From Paenacidovorax caeni (GTDB taxonomy: Bacteria > Pseudomonadota > Gammaproteobacteria > Burkholderiales > Methylophilaceae), in assembly GCA_943367475.1 (NCBI GenBank), contig CALRJH020000003.1, positions 97,985-161,984 on the forward strand: a stretch of 64,000 bases of DNA. Direction: 5' to 3'. A program made the translations under genes and the position numbers. The first letter of the stretch is position 1. The number at the start of each line of letters is the position of its first letter. Positions 55,839-64,000 of the stretch are shown piece after piece. The notes under the pieces are model-generated. The model searched no databases, had not been told where the DNA came from, and saw only the letters and a program-made list of their open reading frames with translations.

Positions 55839-56762
55839 CTACTCCTGATGCACTGCACGCTTTACTGCGCGTTTGTCATACTGCGGGGATAACATGGTAA
55901 TAAAGTTGAGCATGTAGTCCCGTAAAAAGGCATCGCGACGCACGCCGAGGTAAGTGGTGCTATTGGGGAACAAATGGCTGCAATCCAGGCTGTGTAGCGG
56001 CGCATCGCGGCCAGCATCATAAGCCATATTGGCAATCAGTCCGATCCCCAGCCCGAGGTTGACGTAAGTTTTAATCACATCTGCATCAATCGCGGTAAAC
56101 ACCACATTTGGCTGCACACCGGCATCATGGAAAATTTTGGAGACCAGCGTCCCACCAGTAAAAGCAAAATCATAGGTAATCAGTGGATATTTGGCCAATT
56201 CCTGCAATGTCAGTTTCTTGATGTTTAACAAGGGATGCTCGGGAGGCACCACCAGGCAACGGTTCCATTCATAACAAGGCAAGCAATTAATGCGCTCGTC
56301 CTTGCTGATACTTTCCGTGGCAATTCCAATATCCGCTTCACCCGAAGCCACTTGCTCGGTGACTTGTGCCGGATTGCCCTGATGTATGGTCAGCTTTACA
56401 TTGGGATATTGCGCCATAAACTGCTTGACGGCCCCTGGCAATCGATAGCGCGCCTGGGTATGGGTGGTGGCGATGGTCAATTCACCCGTGTCTTCACGGC
56501 TGTACTCGTCGCCTACCCGTTTGATATTCTGCATTTCGAGTACAACTTTGGCAGCCAGTTCCACAATCTTGCGGCCTGGCTCGGTCACCCCAATCAAACG
56601 TTTGCCGTTCCGTTGAAATATTTGCAAGCCCAACTCTTCTTCAAGCAATTGTATCTGCTTGCTGACGCCGGGCTGCGAAGTATGCAATGCTTCTGAAGCA
56701 GCCGAGATATTCAGATGTTGACGCACGACCTCATGCACATAACGTAATTGATGAAACTTCAT
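55839..56762 (-). CDS. cysB: LysR-family transcriptional regulator CysB
   Basis: MKFHQLRYVHEVVRQHLNISAASEALHTSQPGVSKQIQLLEEELG is near-canonical CysB/Cbl. Divergent from the sulfate-assimilation operon. Confidence 0.85.
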   Translation of the reverse strand: MKFHQLRYVHEVVRQHLNISAASEALHTSQPGVSKQIQLLEEELGLQIFQRNGKRLIGVTEPGRKIVELAAKVVLEMQNIKRVGDEYSREDTGELTIATTHTQARYRLPGAVKQFMAQYPNVKLTIHQGNPAQVTEQVASGEADIGIATESISKDERINCLPCYEWNRCLVVPPEHPLLNIKKLTLQELAKYPLITYDFAFTGGTLVSKIFHDAGVQPNVVFTAIDADVIKTYVNLGLGIGLIANMAYDAGRDAPLHSLDCSHLFPNSTTYLGVRRDAFLRDYMLNFITMLSPQYDKRAVKRAVHQE

Positions 56763-56801
56763 CGACCATCCAATATAACTAAAAGCTATATCATAGAACA
56801 A

Positions 56802-56817
56802 TTGATTATTAAATCAA
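56802..56817. promoter_or_regulatory. Candidate LysR-type (T-N11-A-like) palindrome in the cysB / tauE divergent region
   Basis: TTGAT-tattaa-ATCAA read directly. No other support. Confidence 0.25.
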
Positions 56818-56856
56818 CCATTAGAATCCTGCTAACATGCAAGCCTTTTGTGATTC

Positions 56857-57642
56857 TTGAAGATACTCCACATGGAATTCGGATATATATTGGCAGGGTT
56901 TGCCGTGGGCTTTTTAGTTGGATTAACGGGCGTTGGCGGCGGCTCCCTGATGACCCCCATCTTGCTGCTACTCTACAACATCAAGCCTGCCGTAGCGGTG
57001 GGGACTGATTTACTCTATGCCTCAGTGACAAAGTCTGTCGGCATATTTGCACATGGCAAACTCGGCAATATCGATTGGCGCATGGTCAAACGTTTAGCCA
57101 TGGGCAGCTTGCCAGCCTCATTAGCCACCTTGTGGATGCTGCACCATATGGATATTCAATCAAACAGCGCAGTGGCTACCATTAAGTTCTGGCTGGGGAT
57201 TGCATTGATCATCACATCTGCCGCCGTTTTGCTAAGAAATAAAATTTCTGCGTATGTCGCCAGCGGACACTGGATTTCAGAAAAATATGTGCCTGCATCT
57301 ACCGTTGCCTTAGGCGTGGTGCTGGGCGCTCTGGTCACGCTGACCTCCGTCGGAGCAGGGGCACTGGGCGTCACAGCCTTGATTATGCTGTATCCAAAAG
57401 AAAAGATTACCACTATTGTGGGCAGCGACATTGCCCATGCAGTGCCCCTGACCATGGTGGCAGGGCTTGGTCACGCCTCATTAGGCACCATCGATTACCA
57501 GCTTTTGGGTACACTTTTGATCGGCTCTGTTCCGGGTATTTACCTCGGCAGTCATTTAAGCACACGCGTGGCTGAACACTGGGTTAGAATTGTATTGGCT
57601 ATCATATTGATTTATGTAGGCTTTAAGCTCGTTTTCCATTAA
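56857..57642 (+). CDS. TauE/SafE-family sulfite exporter-like membrane protein
   Basis: 261 aa, ~8 TM. GLTGVGGGSLMTPIL and second-half repeat GALVTLTSVGAGALG. Confidence 0.75.
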   Translation: MKILHMEFGYILAGFAVGFLVGLTGVGGGSLMTPILLLLYNIKPAVAVGTDLLYASVTKSVGIFAHGKLGNIDWRMVKRLAMGSLPASLATLWMLHHMDIQSNSAVATIKFWLGIALIITSAAVLLRNKISAYVASGHWISEKYVPASTVALGVVLGALVTLTSVGAGALGVTALIMLYPKEKITTIVGSDIAHAVPLTMVAGLGHASLGTIDYQLLGTLLIGSVPGIYLGSHLSTRVAEHWVRIVLAIILIYVGFKLVFH

Positions 57643-57680
57643 AATATTGCCTCTTCCGAAAAGGCTGGCTAGATTTAACA

Positions 57681-59354
57681 ATGTACAAATACGACAAAAT
57701 AGACCAACAAATCGTCAATGAACGCGTCGCCCAGTATCGCGACCAGACCCGCCGCTACCTGGCTGGCGAATTGACTGATGAAGAATTCCGTCCGCTGCGT
57801 TTGCAAAATGGCCTGTATATTCAGCGCCACGCGCCCATGTTGCGGATTGCCGTCCCTTACGGCCTGATGTCCAGCACACAGCTGCGTAAACTGGCAGAAA
57901 TCGCCAAGCGCTATGACCGTGGTTATGGTCACTTCAGCACACGCCAAAACCTGCAGCTTAACTGGCCAAAACTTGAAGACGTGCCAGAAATTCTGGCAGA
58001 GCTGGCCACCGTCGAAATGCACGCGATCCAGACCTCCGGCAACTGCATCCGCAACATTACCACTGACCAGTTTGCCGGGATTGCACCAGACGAGATCATT
58101 GATCCACGTGCCATCGCCGAAATCATGCGTCAATGGAGCACTTTCCACCCGGAATTTGCCCTGTTGCCGCGCAAATTCAAAATTGCCGTTTCTGGCACCA
58201 CGCAGGACCGCGCGATTGTGCAGGCGCACGACATCGGCCTGGAATTTTACAAAGACAGCAATAACCAGATGGCGATCAAGGTCTGGGTCGGTGGCGGCCT
58301 CGGCCGTACCCCTATCCTCGGCACAGTCATTCGCGAGCACCTCGAATGGCAGCATGCCCTGTCCTACTGCGAAGCGATTATCCGGGTGTACAACATTCAT
58401 GGCCGCCGCGATAACGCATACAAGGCGCGCATCAAGATTCTGGTCAAGGCACTGGGCATAGACGAATTCCGCCGCCAGGTGGATGAAGAATGGGCCCATA
58501 TCAAGGAAGGCGCGCTCACCATCACGCAAGCCGAGCTTGACCGTGTTGCCCATTACTTTGAGCCTATGCCCTATGCCACACTGCCCGCCCATGATGCATC
58601 TTTTGATGCCGCTGTGGCCAGCAACCCGGCTTTTGCGGCCTGGGTCAAACGCTGCGTGCACGGACACCGTGTACCGGGCTACCGCGCAGTGACCATTTCA
58701 CTCAAACCACACGGCAAAGCCCCCGGTGACATTACCAGCGAGCAAATGCAGGTCGTGGCAGATCTGGCTGACGATTACAGCTTTGGAGAGTTGCGTTCGT
58801 CACATGAACAAAATCTGATTCTTGCAGATGTCAAGTTGACTGATTTATTCGCCGTGTGGGAAAAAGCCCGTGCGGCTGGCGTGGCCACGCCGAATATCGG
58901 CTTGCTGACCGACATTATCTGCTGCCCGGGTGGCGACTTCTGCAGCCTGGCCAATGCCAAGAGTATCCCGATTGCCGAAGCCATTCAATTGCAATTTGAT
59001 AATCTGGATTACCTCTACGAAATTGGCGATATTGAGCTCAACATTTCTGGTTGCATGAATGCCTGCGGACACCACCATGTCGGCCATATCGGCATTCTGG
59101 GCGTGGATAAAGATGGTTCTGAATGGTATCAGGTCACCGTCGGCGGCAAACAAGGCAATGATGCGAGCATTGGTAGCGTGATTGGCCCTTCATTCTCTGC
59201 TGAAGAAATGCCGGGTGTGATACAGCGACTGATCGAAGTGTATTTGCAGCAGCGCTCGGATGAAGAACGCTTTATCGATACCGTGCGTCGCATCGGCGTT
59301 GCCCCGTTCAAAGCCCATGTCTATGCAGAGCAAAAAGAAGGAGCATCCGCATAA
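57681..59354 (+). CDS. cysI: Assimilatory sulfite reductase hemoprotein (nitrite/sulfite reductase family)
   Basis: RTPILG..., siroheme/4Fe-4S cysteines CCPGGDFCSLA ... GCMNACGHH. Confidence 0.9.
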   Translation: MYKYDKIDQQIVNERVAQYRDQTRRYLAGELTDEEFRPLRLQNGLYIQRHAPMLRIAVPYGLMSSTQLRKLAEIAKRYDRGYGHFSTRQNLQLNWPKLEDVPEILAELATVEMHAIQTSGNCIRNITTDQFAGIAPDEIIDPRAIAEIMRQWSTFHPEFALLPRKFKIAVSGTTQDRAIVQAHDIGLEFYKDSNNQMAIKVWVGGGLGRTPILGTVIREHLEWQHALSYCEAIIRVYNIHGRRDNAYKARIKILVKALGIDEFRRQVDEEWAHIKEGALTITQAELDRVAHYFEPMPYATLPAHDASFDAAVASNPAFAAWVKRCVHGHRVPGYRAVTISLKPHGKAPGDITSEQMQVVADLADDYSFGELRSSHEQNLILADVKLTDLFAVWEKARAAGVATPNIGLLTDIICCPGGDFCSLANAKSIPIAEAIQLQFDNLDYLYEIGDIELNISGCMNACGHHHVGHIGILGVDKDGSEWYQVTVGGKQGNDASIGSVIGPSFSAEEMPGVIQRLIEVYLQQRSDEERFIDTVRRIGVAPFKAHVYAEQKEGASA

Positions 59355-59971
59355 TGAGCAATCTGATTCAATTAAATGCCAGCGGTGTTGCTGAAATTGT
59401 GCAGGATCAGTGGACCAGAGTGGTTCCGCCAGCCCTGGGCGAGGAGTCCGTGCGCAAACAGGCCGGTAAAGTGGTCCTGTTCAAGCTGACGGGGGAACAA
59501 ACCTATACTCCGGCGCAAATTGCCGAGACAGTGATCCCGGCCTCAGGCAAGATTCTGGTGCCCCTTACTGTATGGCAAGCACGTCAGTCCGAACTTTCAT
59601 CACGCATGCAAGCCGGTGAAATCGGCATTGTACTGGCCACCCATGAAACTGCCGAAGCACTGAAAGCCGCATTCGATAATCTCAACAGCCTGCCAATCAT
59701 TGCGATTTTTGTAGAGCGTTTTGCCGATGGTCGTATTTTCACACTGGCTAACTGGCTGCGCACCCGCTATGGCTACACCAACGAATTGCGTGCGATTGGC
59801 GATGTATTGCGTGACCAGTTGTTCTTCCACAAGCGTGCTGGCTTTAACAGTTTTCTGATTCGTGCTGACCGCTCGGCACAGGATGCCATTGCCAGCCTGA
59901 ATGATTTCAGCCAGCCTTATCAGGGCGCAGTCAATGATGTGCCAGTCTGGCGTCGGGTGAACCGCGCATGA
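59354..59971 (+). CDS. DUF934-domain protein (conserved partner of CysI/CysH in beta/gamma-proteobacteria)
   Basis: 205 aa. FADGRIFTLANWLRTRYGY..ELRAIGDVLRDQLFFHKRAGFNSF. Overlaps cysI (1 nt) and cysH (4 nt). Confidence 0.7.
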   Translation: MSNLIQLNASGVAEIVQDQWTRVVPPALGEESVRKQAGKVVLFKLTGEQTYTPAQIAETVIPASGKILVPLTVWQARQSELSSRMQAGEIGIVLATHETAEALKAAFDNLNSLPIIAIFVERFADGRIFTLANWLRTRYGYTNELRAIGDVLRDQLFFHKRAGFNSFLIRADRSAQDAIASLNDFSQPYQGAVNDVPVWRRVNRA

Positions 59972-60726
59972 GTTTCGGCGTCAGCATGCTTAAGCCGTCC
60001 ATGAAAAACCCGGCGACCAGCCCAGAACTGACAGATGGGCTGATTACTGCTGTCACCGCCAAACGTGCAAGCGTCCTCGCATTACTGCAAGCAGCAGCCA
60101 GCGAGTTTCCGGCCATTACCTTTGCCAACAGCTTCGGCGCTGAAGATATGGTCTTGACCGACATCATCGCCAAAGAGCAGCTATCGATCGAGATTTTTTC
60201 ACTGGATACCGGTCGTTTACCCGCTGAAACCTATACCTTGATGGGCGAGGTGGAAAGCACCTACGACATCAAACCGGTGGTATTTTTCCCCAGACATGCA
60301 ACCGTAGAGCATTATGTCCGCACCAACGGCATCAATGCGTTTTACGAGAGCATAGAACTGCGCAAAGCGTGTTGCCACATGCGCAAGGTAGAACCCTTGC
60401 AAAGAGCCCTGACCGGCAAACAGGCCTGGATCACCGGCATGCGCGCCGAGCAGGCCACAACACGGAGCAGCCTGCCAACCCGCGAATTTGATGCTGGCAA
60501 TCAACTGGAAAAATTTAATCCATTGAGTGACTGGACGGAAAAGGAAATCTGGGCCTACATTCGCATGTTTAATGTCCCTTATAACGCCCTGCACGACCAG
60601 TTCTACCCAAGTATCGGCTGTGCGCCGTGTACGCGTGCAGTAGCCATGGGTGAAGATATCCGCGCCGGTCGCTGGTGGTGGGAAGACCCAACCTCAAAAG
60701 AATGTGGCTTGCACGTTAAGAAATAA
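59968..60726 (+). CDS. cysH: Adenylyl-sulfate (APS)/PAPS reductase, Fe-S-cluster type CysH
   Basis: SFGAEDMVL, KACCHMRKVEPL (CC pair), SIGCAPCT (CxxC), KECGLH. Confidence 0.9.
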   Translation: MSFGVSMLKPSMKNPATSPELTDGLITAVTAKRASVLALLQAAASEFPAITFANSFGAEDMVLTDIIAKEQLSIEIFSLDTGRLPAETYTLMGEVESTYDIKPVVFFPRHATVEHYVRTNGINAFYESIELRKACCHMRKVEPLQRALTGKQAWITGMRAEQATTRSSLPTREFDAGNQLEKFNPLSDWTEKEIWAYIRMFNVPYNALHDQFYPSIGCAPCTRAVAMGEDIRAGRWWWEDPTSKECGLHVKK

Positions 60727-60729
60727 ATC

Positions 60730-60769
60730 AGCCACAGATTCACACAGACACTTGTGTTTATCTGTGGCT
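60730..60769 (+). other. Long interrupted hairpin between cysH and cysD
   Basis: AGCCACAGAT ... ATCTGTGGCT 10-bp stem plus an inner ACACA/TGTGT stem. Followed after 9 nt by TTTTT. Confidence 0.6.
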
Positions 60770-60790
60770 CAAATAATTTTTAGAGTTTAA

Positions 60791-61723
60791 ATGATGACAA
60801 CCAAACAAACACTCTCTCATCTCGATTGGCTGGAAGCAGAAGCGATACATATTCTGCGTGAAGTGGCCGGTCAATGTAGCAACCCTGTGTTGCTATTTTC
60901 CGGCGGCAAAGATTCGCTTTGTATTTTGCGTCTCGCTGAAAAAGCCTTCCGCCCGGGTCGCTTCCCCTTCCCGCTCATGCACATCGACACAGGTCACAAC
61001 TACCAGGAAGTGATTGACTTCCGCGACCAGCGCGCGACTGAATTGGGCGAGCGTTTGATCGTGCGTTCAGTAGAGGACTCCATGCAACGCGGTACGGTTG
61101 TATTGAAGTCACCTGATGAGCCACGCAATAAACACCAATCGGTGACCTTGCTGGAAGCGATTGAAGAGTTTGGCTTTGATTGCTGTATCGGCGGCGCACG
61201 TCGTGACGAAGAAAAAGCCCGTGCCAAAGAACGCATCATGAGCTTCCGTGACGAGTTTGGTCAATGGGATCCTAAAAACCAGCGCCCGGAATTATGGAAT
61301 CTCTACAATGCACGCAGCCACAAAGGTGAGAACATTCGCGCTTTTCCGATTTCCAACTGGACAGAAATGGACGTGTGGCAATATATCGAGCGTGAAAACT
61401 TAGGCTTGCCTAGCATCTACTTTGCCCATAACCGCGACATCATTATGCGCGGTGGCGCCATGATGCCAGCCAATGTGCCATTGGCCTCAGGCGAAGTAAT
61501 TAACGTGCCTAAAGCAGGCGAAGAAGTGATTAATATGCAAGTGCGCTTTAGAACCGTAGGCGATATTACCTGTACCGCGCCTGTGCTGTCTGATGCAGAC
61601 AACGTAAGCAAAATTGTGCTGGAAACGGCAACCACAACGATTACCGAGCGTGGTGCAACCCGCTTGGATGACCAAACCTCTGATGCTTCAATGGAGCAAC
61701 GCAAGAAAGAGGGATATTTCTAA
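60791..61723 (+). CDS. cysD: Sulfate adenylyltransferase subunit 2
   Basis: LDWLEAEAIHILREV..., FSGGKDS PP-loop, ISNWTEMDVWQYI. Confidence 0.95.
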   Translation: MMTTKQTLSHLDWLEAEAIHILREVAGQCSNPVLLFSGGKDSLCILRLAEKAFRPGRFPFPLMHIDTGHNYQEVIDFRDQRATELGERLIVRSVEDSMQRGTVVLKSPDEPRNKHQSVTLLEAIEEFGFDCCIGGARRDEEKARAKERIMSFRDEFGQWDPKNQRPELWNLYNARSHKGENIRAFPISNWTEMDVWQYIERENLGLPSIYFAHNRDIIMRGGAMMPANVPLASGEVINVPKAGEEVINMQVRFRTVGDITCTAPVLSDADNVSKIVLETATTTITERGATRLDDQTSDASMEQRKKEGYF

Positions 61724-63003
61724 TGAGTACCCATATGCAACACAACGACTCACTATTACGTTTTATGACCTGTGGTTCTGTCGATGATGGCAAAAGCACA
61801 TTGATTGGTCGCTTGCTGTTCGACACCAAAACCATTTTGGCGGATACGCTGACCAATATTTCCAACACATCTAAAAAACGTGGCATGGAAGCGGTCGATT
61901 TATCATTATTGACCGATGGTTTGCAAGCAGAACGCGAACAGGGCATTACCATTGACGTGGCTTATCGCTATTTCAGCACAGGCACACGCAAATACATCAT
62001 CGCCGATGCACCTGGCCACGAGCAATACACGCGTAACATGGTGACTGCGGCTTCCACCGCTAACTTGGCAATTATTTTGATTGATGCTCGCAAAGGCGTA
62101 CTCACACAAACCCGTCGCCACAGTTATTTGGCGCACTTGGTGGGCATTCCGCACATTGTGGTGGCTGTCAATAAAATGGACCTGGTGAATTACGACCAAG
62201 CCGTTTACGACAACATTTGTGCTGACTACATGGCGTTTGCCAAAGAGTTAGGCCTGGCTGGTGCGCGGGATATTAAATTCATCCCGATGTCTGCGCTCAA
62301 TGGTGATATGTTGGTGGACCGTTTAGACAGCATGCCTTGGTATACAGGCGAAACGCTGCTCGAACTACTCGAAAAAGCCCCCGCTGCGCATACTGAGCAA
62401 TCCGAACAATTCCGCTTCCCTGTGCAGTTTGTATGTCGTCCGCACGCCAGTGCTGACGCTGCGTTGCACGATTTTAGAGGGTTTATGGGGCGTGTGGAAT
62501 CTGGTGATATTGCTGTGGGTGATGCGGTAACGGTGTTACCAAATGGCTATCAATCCAAAGTCAAAGCCATTCAGATTGGCGATGTAAAAATAGCGAGCGC
62601 TCAAACCGAGCAAAGCGTGACTTTGTTGCTGGAAGACGAAATCGACACCTCACGTGGCGACATGATTGTGAAAACAGGCGAAGCACCTGAACCGGTGAAA
62701 CAAATTGAAGCGCATGTGTGCTGGTTATCAGAAACACCATTGTCGCCAGCGCGTACTTACATCATCCGCCACACCACACGTGAATCCAAAGCCAAAATTG
62801 GCGCGATTCAATACAAAGTGGATGTGAATACGCTAGAGCAGCAAGCCACACCAGACCTCAAAATGAACGACATCGCGCGGTTAACTTTTAAACTTGCCCA
62901 GCCATTGATGGTGGATAGTTATAAAACCAACCGCGCAACAGGTGCGTTTATTGTGATTGATGAAAGCACCAACAATACCGTCGGCGCAGGCATGATTGTT
63001 TGA
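61723..63003 (+). CDS. cysN: Sulfate adenylyltransferase subunit 1 (GTPase), no fused APS-kinase domain
   Basis: GSVDDGKST, DAPGHEQY, NKMD. 426 aa, so it has only the GTPase and beta-barrel domains. Confidence 0.9.
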   Translation: MSTHMQHNDSLLRFMTCGSVDDGKSTLIGRLLFDTKTILADTLTNISNTSKKRGMEAVDLSLLTDGLQAEREQGITIDVAYRYFSTGTRKYIIADAPGHEQYTRNMVTAASTANLAIILIDARKGVLTQTRRHSYLAHLVGIPHIVVAVNKMDLVNYDQAVYDNICADYMAFAKELGLAGARDIKFIPMSALNGDMLVDRLDSMPWYTGETLLELLEKAPAAHTEQSEQFRFPVQFVCRPHASADAALHDFRGFMGRVESGDIAVGDAVTVLPNGYQSKVKAIQIGDVKIASAQTEQSVTLLLEDEIDTSRGDMIVKTGEAPEPVKQIEAHVCWLSETPLSPARTYIIRHTTRESKAKIGAIQYKVDVNTLEQQATPDLKMNDIARLTFKLAQPLMVDSYKTNRATGAFIVIDESTNNTVGAGMIV

Positions 63004-63090
63004 TCAATCACAAAGCCATGCATCGCCATTTAAGCTAAATTGCAATAAAATAACGTTTTGGCTAACACAGCCCGCAAAAGGATTTAGAAC

Positions 63091-63414
63091 ATGACTTATG
63101 TAGTGACCGAAAATTGTATTCAATGCAAATATACCGACTGTGTAGATGTCTGCCCGGTAGATTGCTTTGTCGAAGGCCCAAACTTTCTTGCCATTAATCC
63201 TGACGAGTGCATCGATTGCACGTTGTGCGTGGCAGAATGTCCGGCTGAAGCTATTTTCGCTGAAGATGATGTACCGGCAGATCAGCAACATTTCATTGAA
63301 CTGAATGCCCGTCTGTCCAAAGTCTGGCCGGTCATTACCGCACGTAAAGAGCCGCTGGAAGATGCAGATGCCATGAATGGTGTAGCAGGCAAAACAGAAC
63401 TGCTGATTGAATAA
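63091..63414 (+). CDS. fdxA: 7Fe ferredoxin (Azotobacter FdxA type)
   Basis: [26 protein letters not shown]...[12 protein letters not shown]. Confidence 0.9.
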   Translation: MTYVVTENCIQCKYTDCVDVCPVDCFVEGPNFLAINPDECIDCTLCVAECPAEAIFAEDDVPADQQHFIELNARLSKVWPVITARKEPLEDADAMNGVAGKTELLIE

Positions 63415-63432
63415 GACACACACGCCTAAAAT

Positions 63433-63463
63433 AAAAAAGCCGCTTTAATCAAGCGGCTTTTTT
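63433..63463. terminator. Bidirectional Rho-independent terminator (fdxA / rnhB convergent)
   Basis: AAAAAAGCCGCTT-taatc-AAGCGGCTTTTTT. Confidence 0.85.
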
Positions 63464-63483
63464 ATTGTGCATTCAGCTGTAGG

Positions 63484-64000
63484 TCAGGTGATCAGCTTCC
63501 GCACCGGACCGTAACTACGCCGGTGCTCAGGTGTGACGCCATATTGCGCCAAGCGCTGCATGTGCAGGGCAGTCGGATAACCTTTATGCTGGGCAAATCC
63601 ATACTCAGGATACTGAGCATCCAGTGCTAACAGTGAGGCATCTCTGGCGGTTTTGGCGAGAATAGAGGCCGCAGAAATTTCAGCGACCTTGCTATCCCCT
63701 TTCACAATCGCTTCACAGGGAATATCAAACTTTGGAGAACGGTTGCCATCAACCTGTATTAAAGAAGCATGAATACCAAACTGCACAATCATCGCCTGAT
63801 AGGCACGCTGCATGGCAAGCAAGCTGGCTTGCAAAATATTGATCTCGTCGATTTCCTGTGCGCTGACACTGGCGATACCCCAAGCCATGGCATGGGCTTT
63901 AATCTGAATAGCCAACGCATCACGTTTGCTTTCCGACAGCTTTTTCGAGTCCGCCAAGCCAATAATGGGAGACTCTGGATTAAGAATCACTGCAGCTGCA
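63484..64000 (-). CDS. rnhB: Ribonuclease HII (5' end beyond window)
   Basis: ...[13 protein letters not shown]...I......G....S..EID..NIL.A.L.AM.RA... The reading frame stays open to the window edge. Confidence 0.85.
   Translation of the reverse strand, partial: AAAVILNPESPIIGLADSKKLSESKRDALAIQIKAHAMAWGIASVSAQEIDEINILQASLLAMQRAYQAMIVQFGIHASLIQVDGNRSPKFDIPCEAIVKGDSKVAEISAASILAKTARDASLLALDAQYPEYGFAQHKGYPTALHMQRLAQYGVTPEHRRSYGPVRKLIT

Noticed and set aside
57675-58667. 330-aa minus-strand ORF
   Set aside because: It is antisense to cysI, whose identity is secure from its siroheme/Fe-S motifs. It has low-complexity antisense composition.
1-64000. CRISPR arrays, cas genes, restriction-modification, toxin-antitoxin pairs or other known defence systems
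   Set aside because: I saw no spaced direct-repeat array. The only tandem repeat is the 3 x 11 nt unit at 45745-45777. No ORF carries the nuclease, methylase, helicase or defence-type signatures I could recognise. The DUF853/HerA-like ATPase stands alone without partner genes.

Overview
This 64-kb window is from a betaproteobacterial chromosome. Eps-family gene content suggests a Methylophilaceae-like methylotroph, but that is a low-confidence inference. It splits into two compositional halves.

(1) Positions ~1-25.7 kb are an AT-rich accessory locus for exopolysaccharide (EPS) synthesis of the EpsH/XrtB exosortase - PEP-CTERM type.
- A >15-kb minus-strand operon runs epsE-epsL-epsF-epsG, then Wzx, Wzy, two glycosyltransferases, two pyruvyl transferases, two hexapeptide acetyltransferases, an FrhB-like Fe-S protein and an orphan Cys-rich secreted protein.
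- A cargo cassette holds two exosortase-substrate genes flanking an alkaline-phosphatase-superfamily/TPR fusion and a tandem GNAT.
- A divergent epsD-epsH(exosortase)-epsI unit and a large TPR lipoprotein complete the locus.
- The locus ends next to the 3' end of a tRNA-Ser(UGA).

(2) Positions ~26-64 kb are GC-richer core genome.
- Housekeeping genes: def, mtnP-like, hopanoid hpnCDE, radA, alr, dnaB, rpsF-priB-rpsR-rplI, an EpsA-like LuxR regulator, hslR, a YcbZ-type Lon-like protease, moaDE and rmuC.
- A PhoA-type alkaline phosphatase sits next to a third PEP-CTERM gene.
- A translationally coupled CHASE2-SH3b-M48 operon follows, then an AI-2E transporter, yigZ, fhs, a DUF853 ATPase and DUF302.
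- A sulfate-assimilation cluster runs cysB / tauE-cysI-DUF934-cysH-cysD-cysN, followed by fdxA and a partial rnhB.

I saw no CRISPR array, transposase, integrase, prophage or recognisable defence system. The exosortase/PEP-CTERM backbone itself is already described.

The best candidates for something undescribed are:
- the cargo cassette at 16.0-20.3 kb;
- the Cys-rich orphan at 5.3-7.0 kb;
- the CHASE2-SH3b-M48 operon, whose sensor ends in what looks like a truncated cyclase-like stub;
- smaller non-coding oddities: a perfect 3 x 11-nt tandem repeat in front of phoA, and an orphan minus-strand terminator with a 25-codon hydrophobic sORF.

All family calls come from motif recognition by eye. 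No database search was run.
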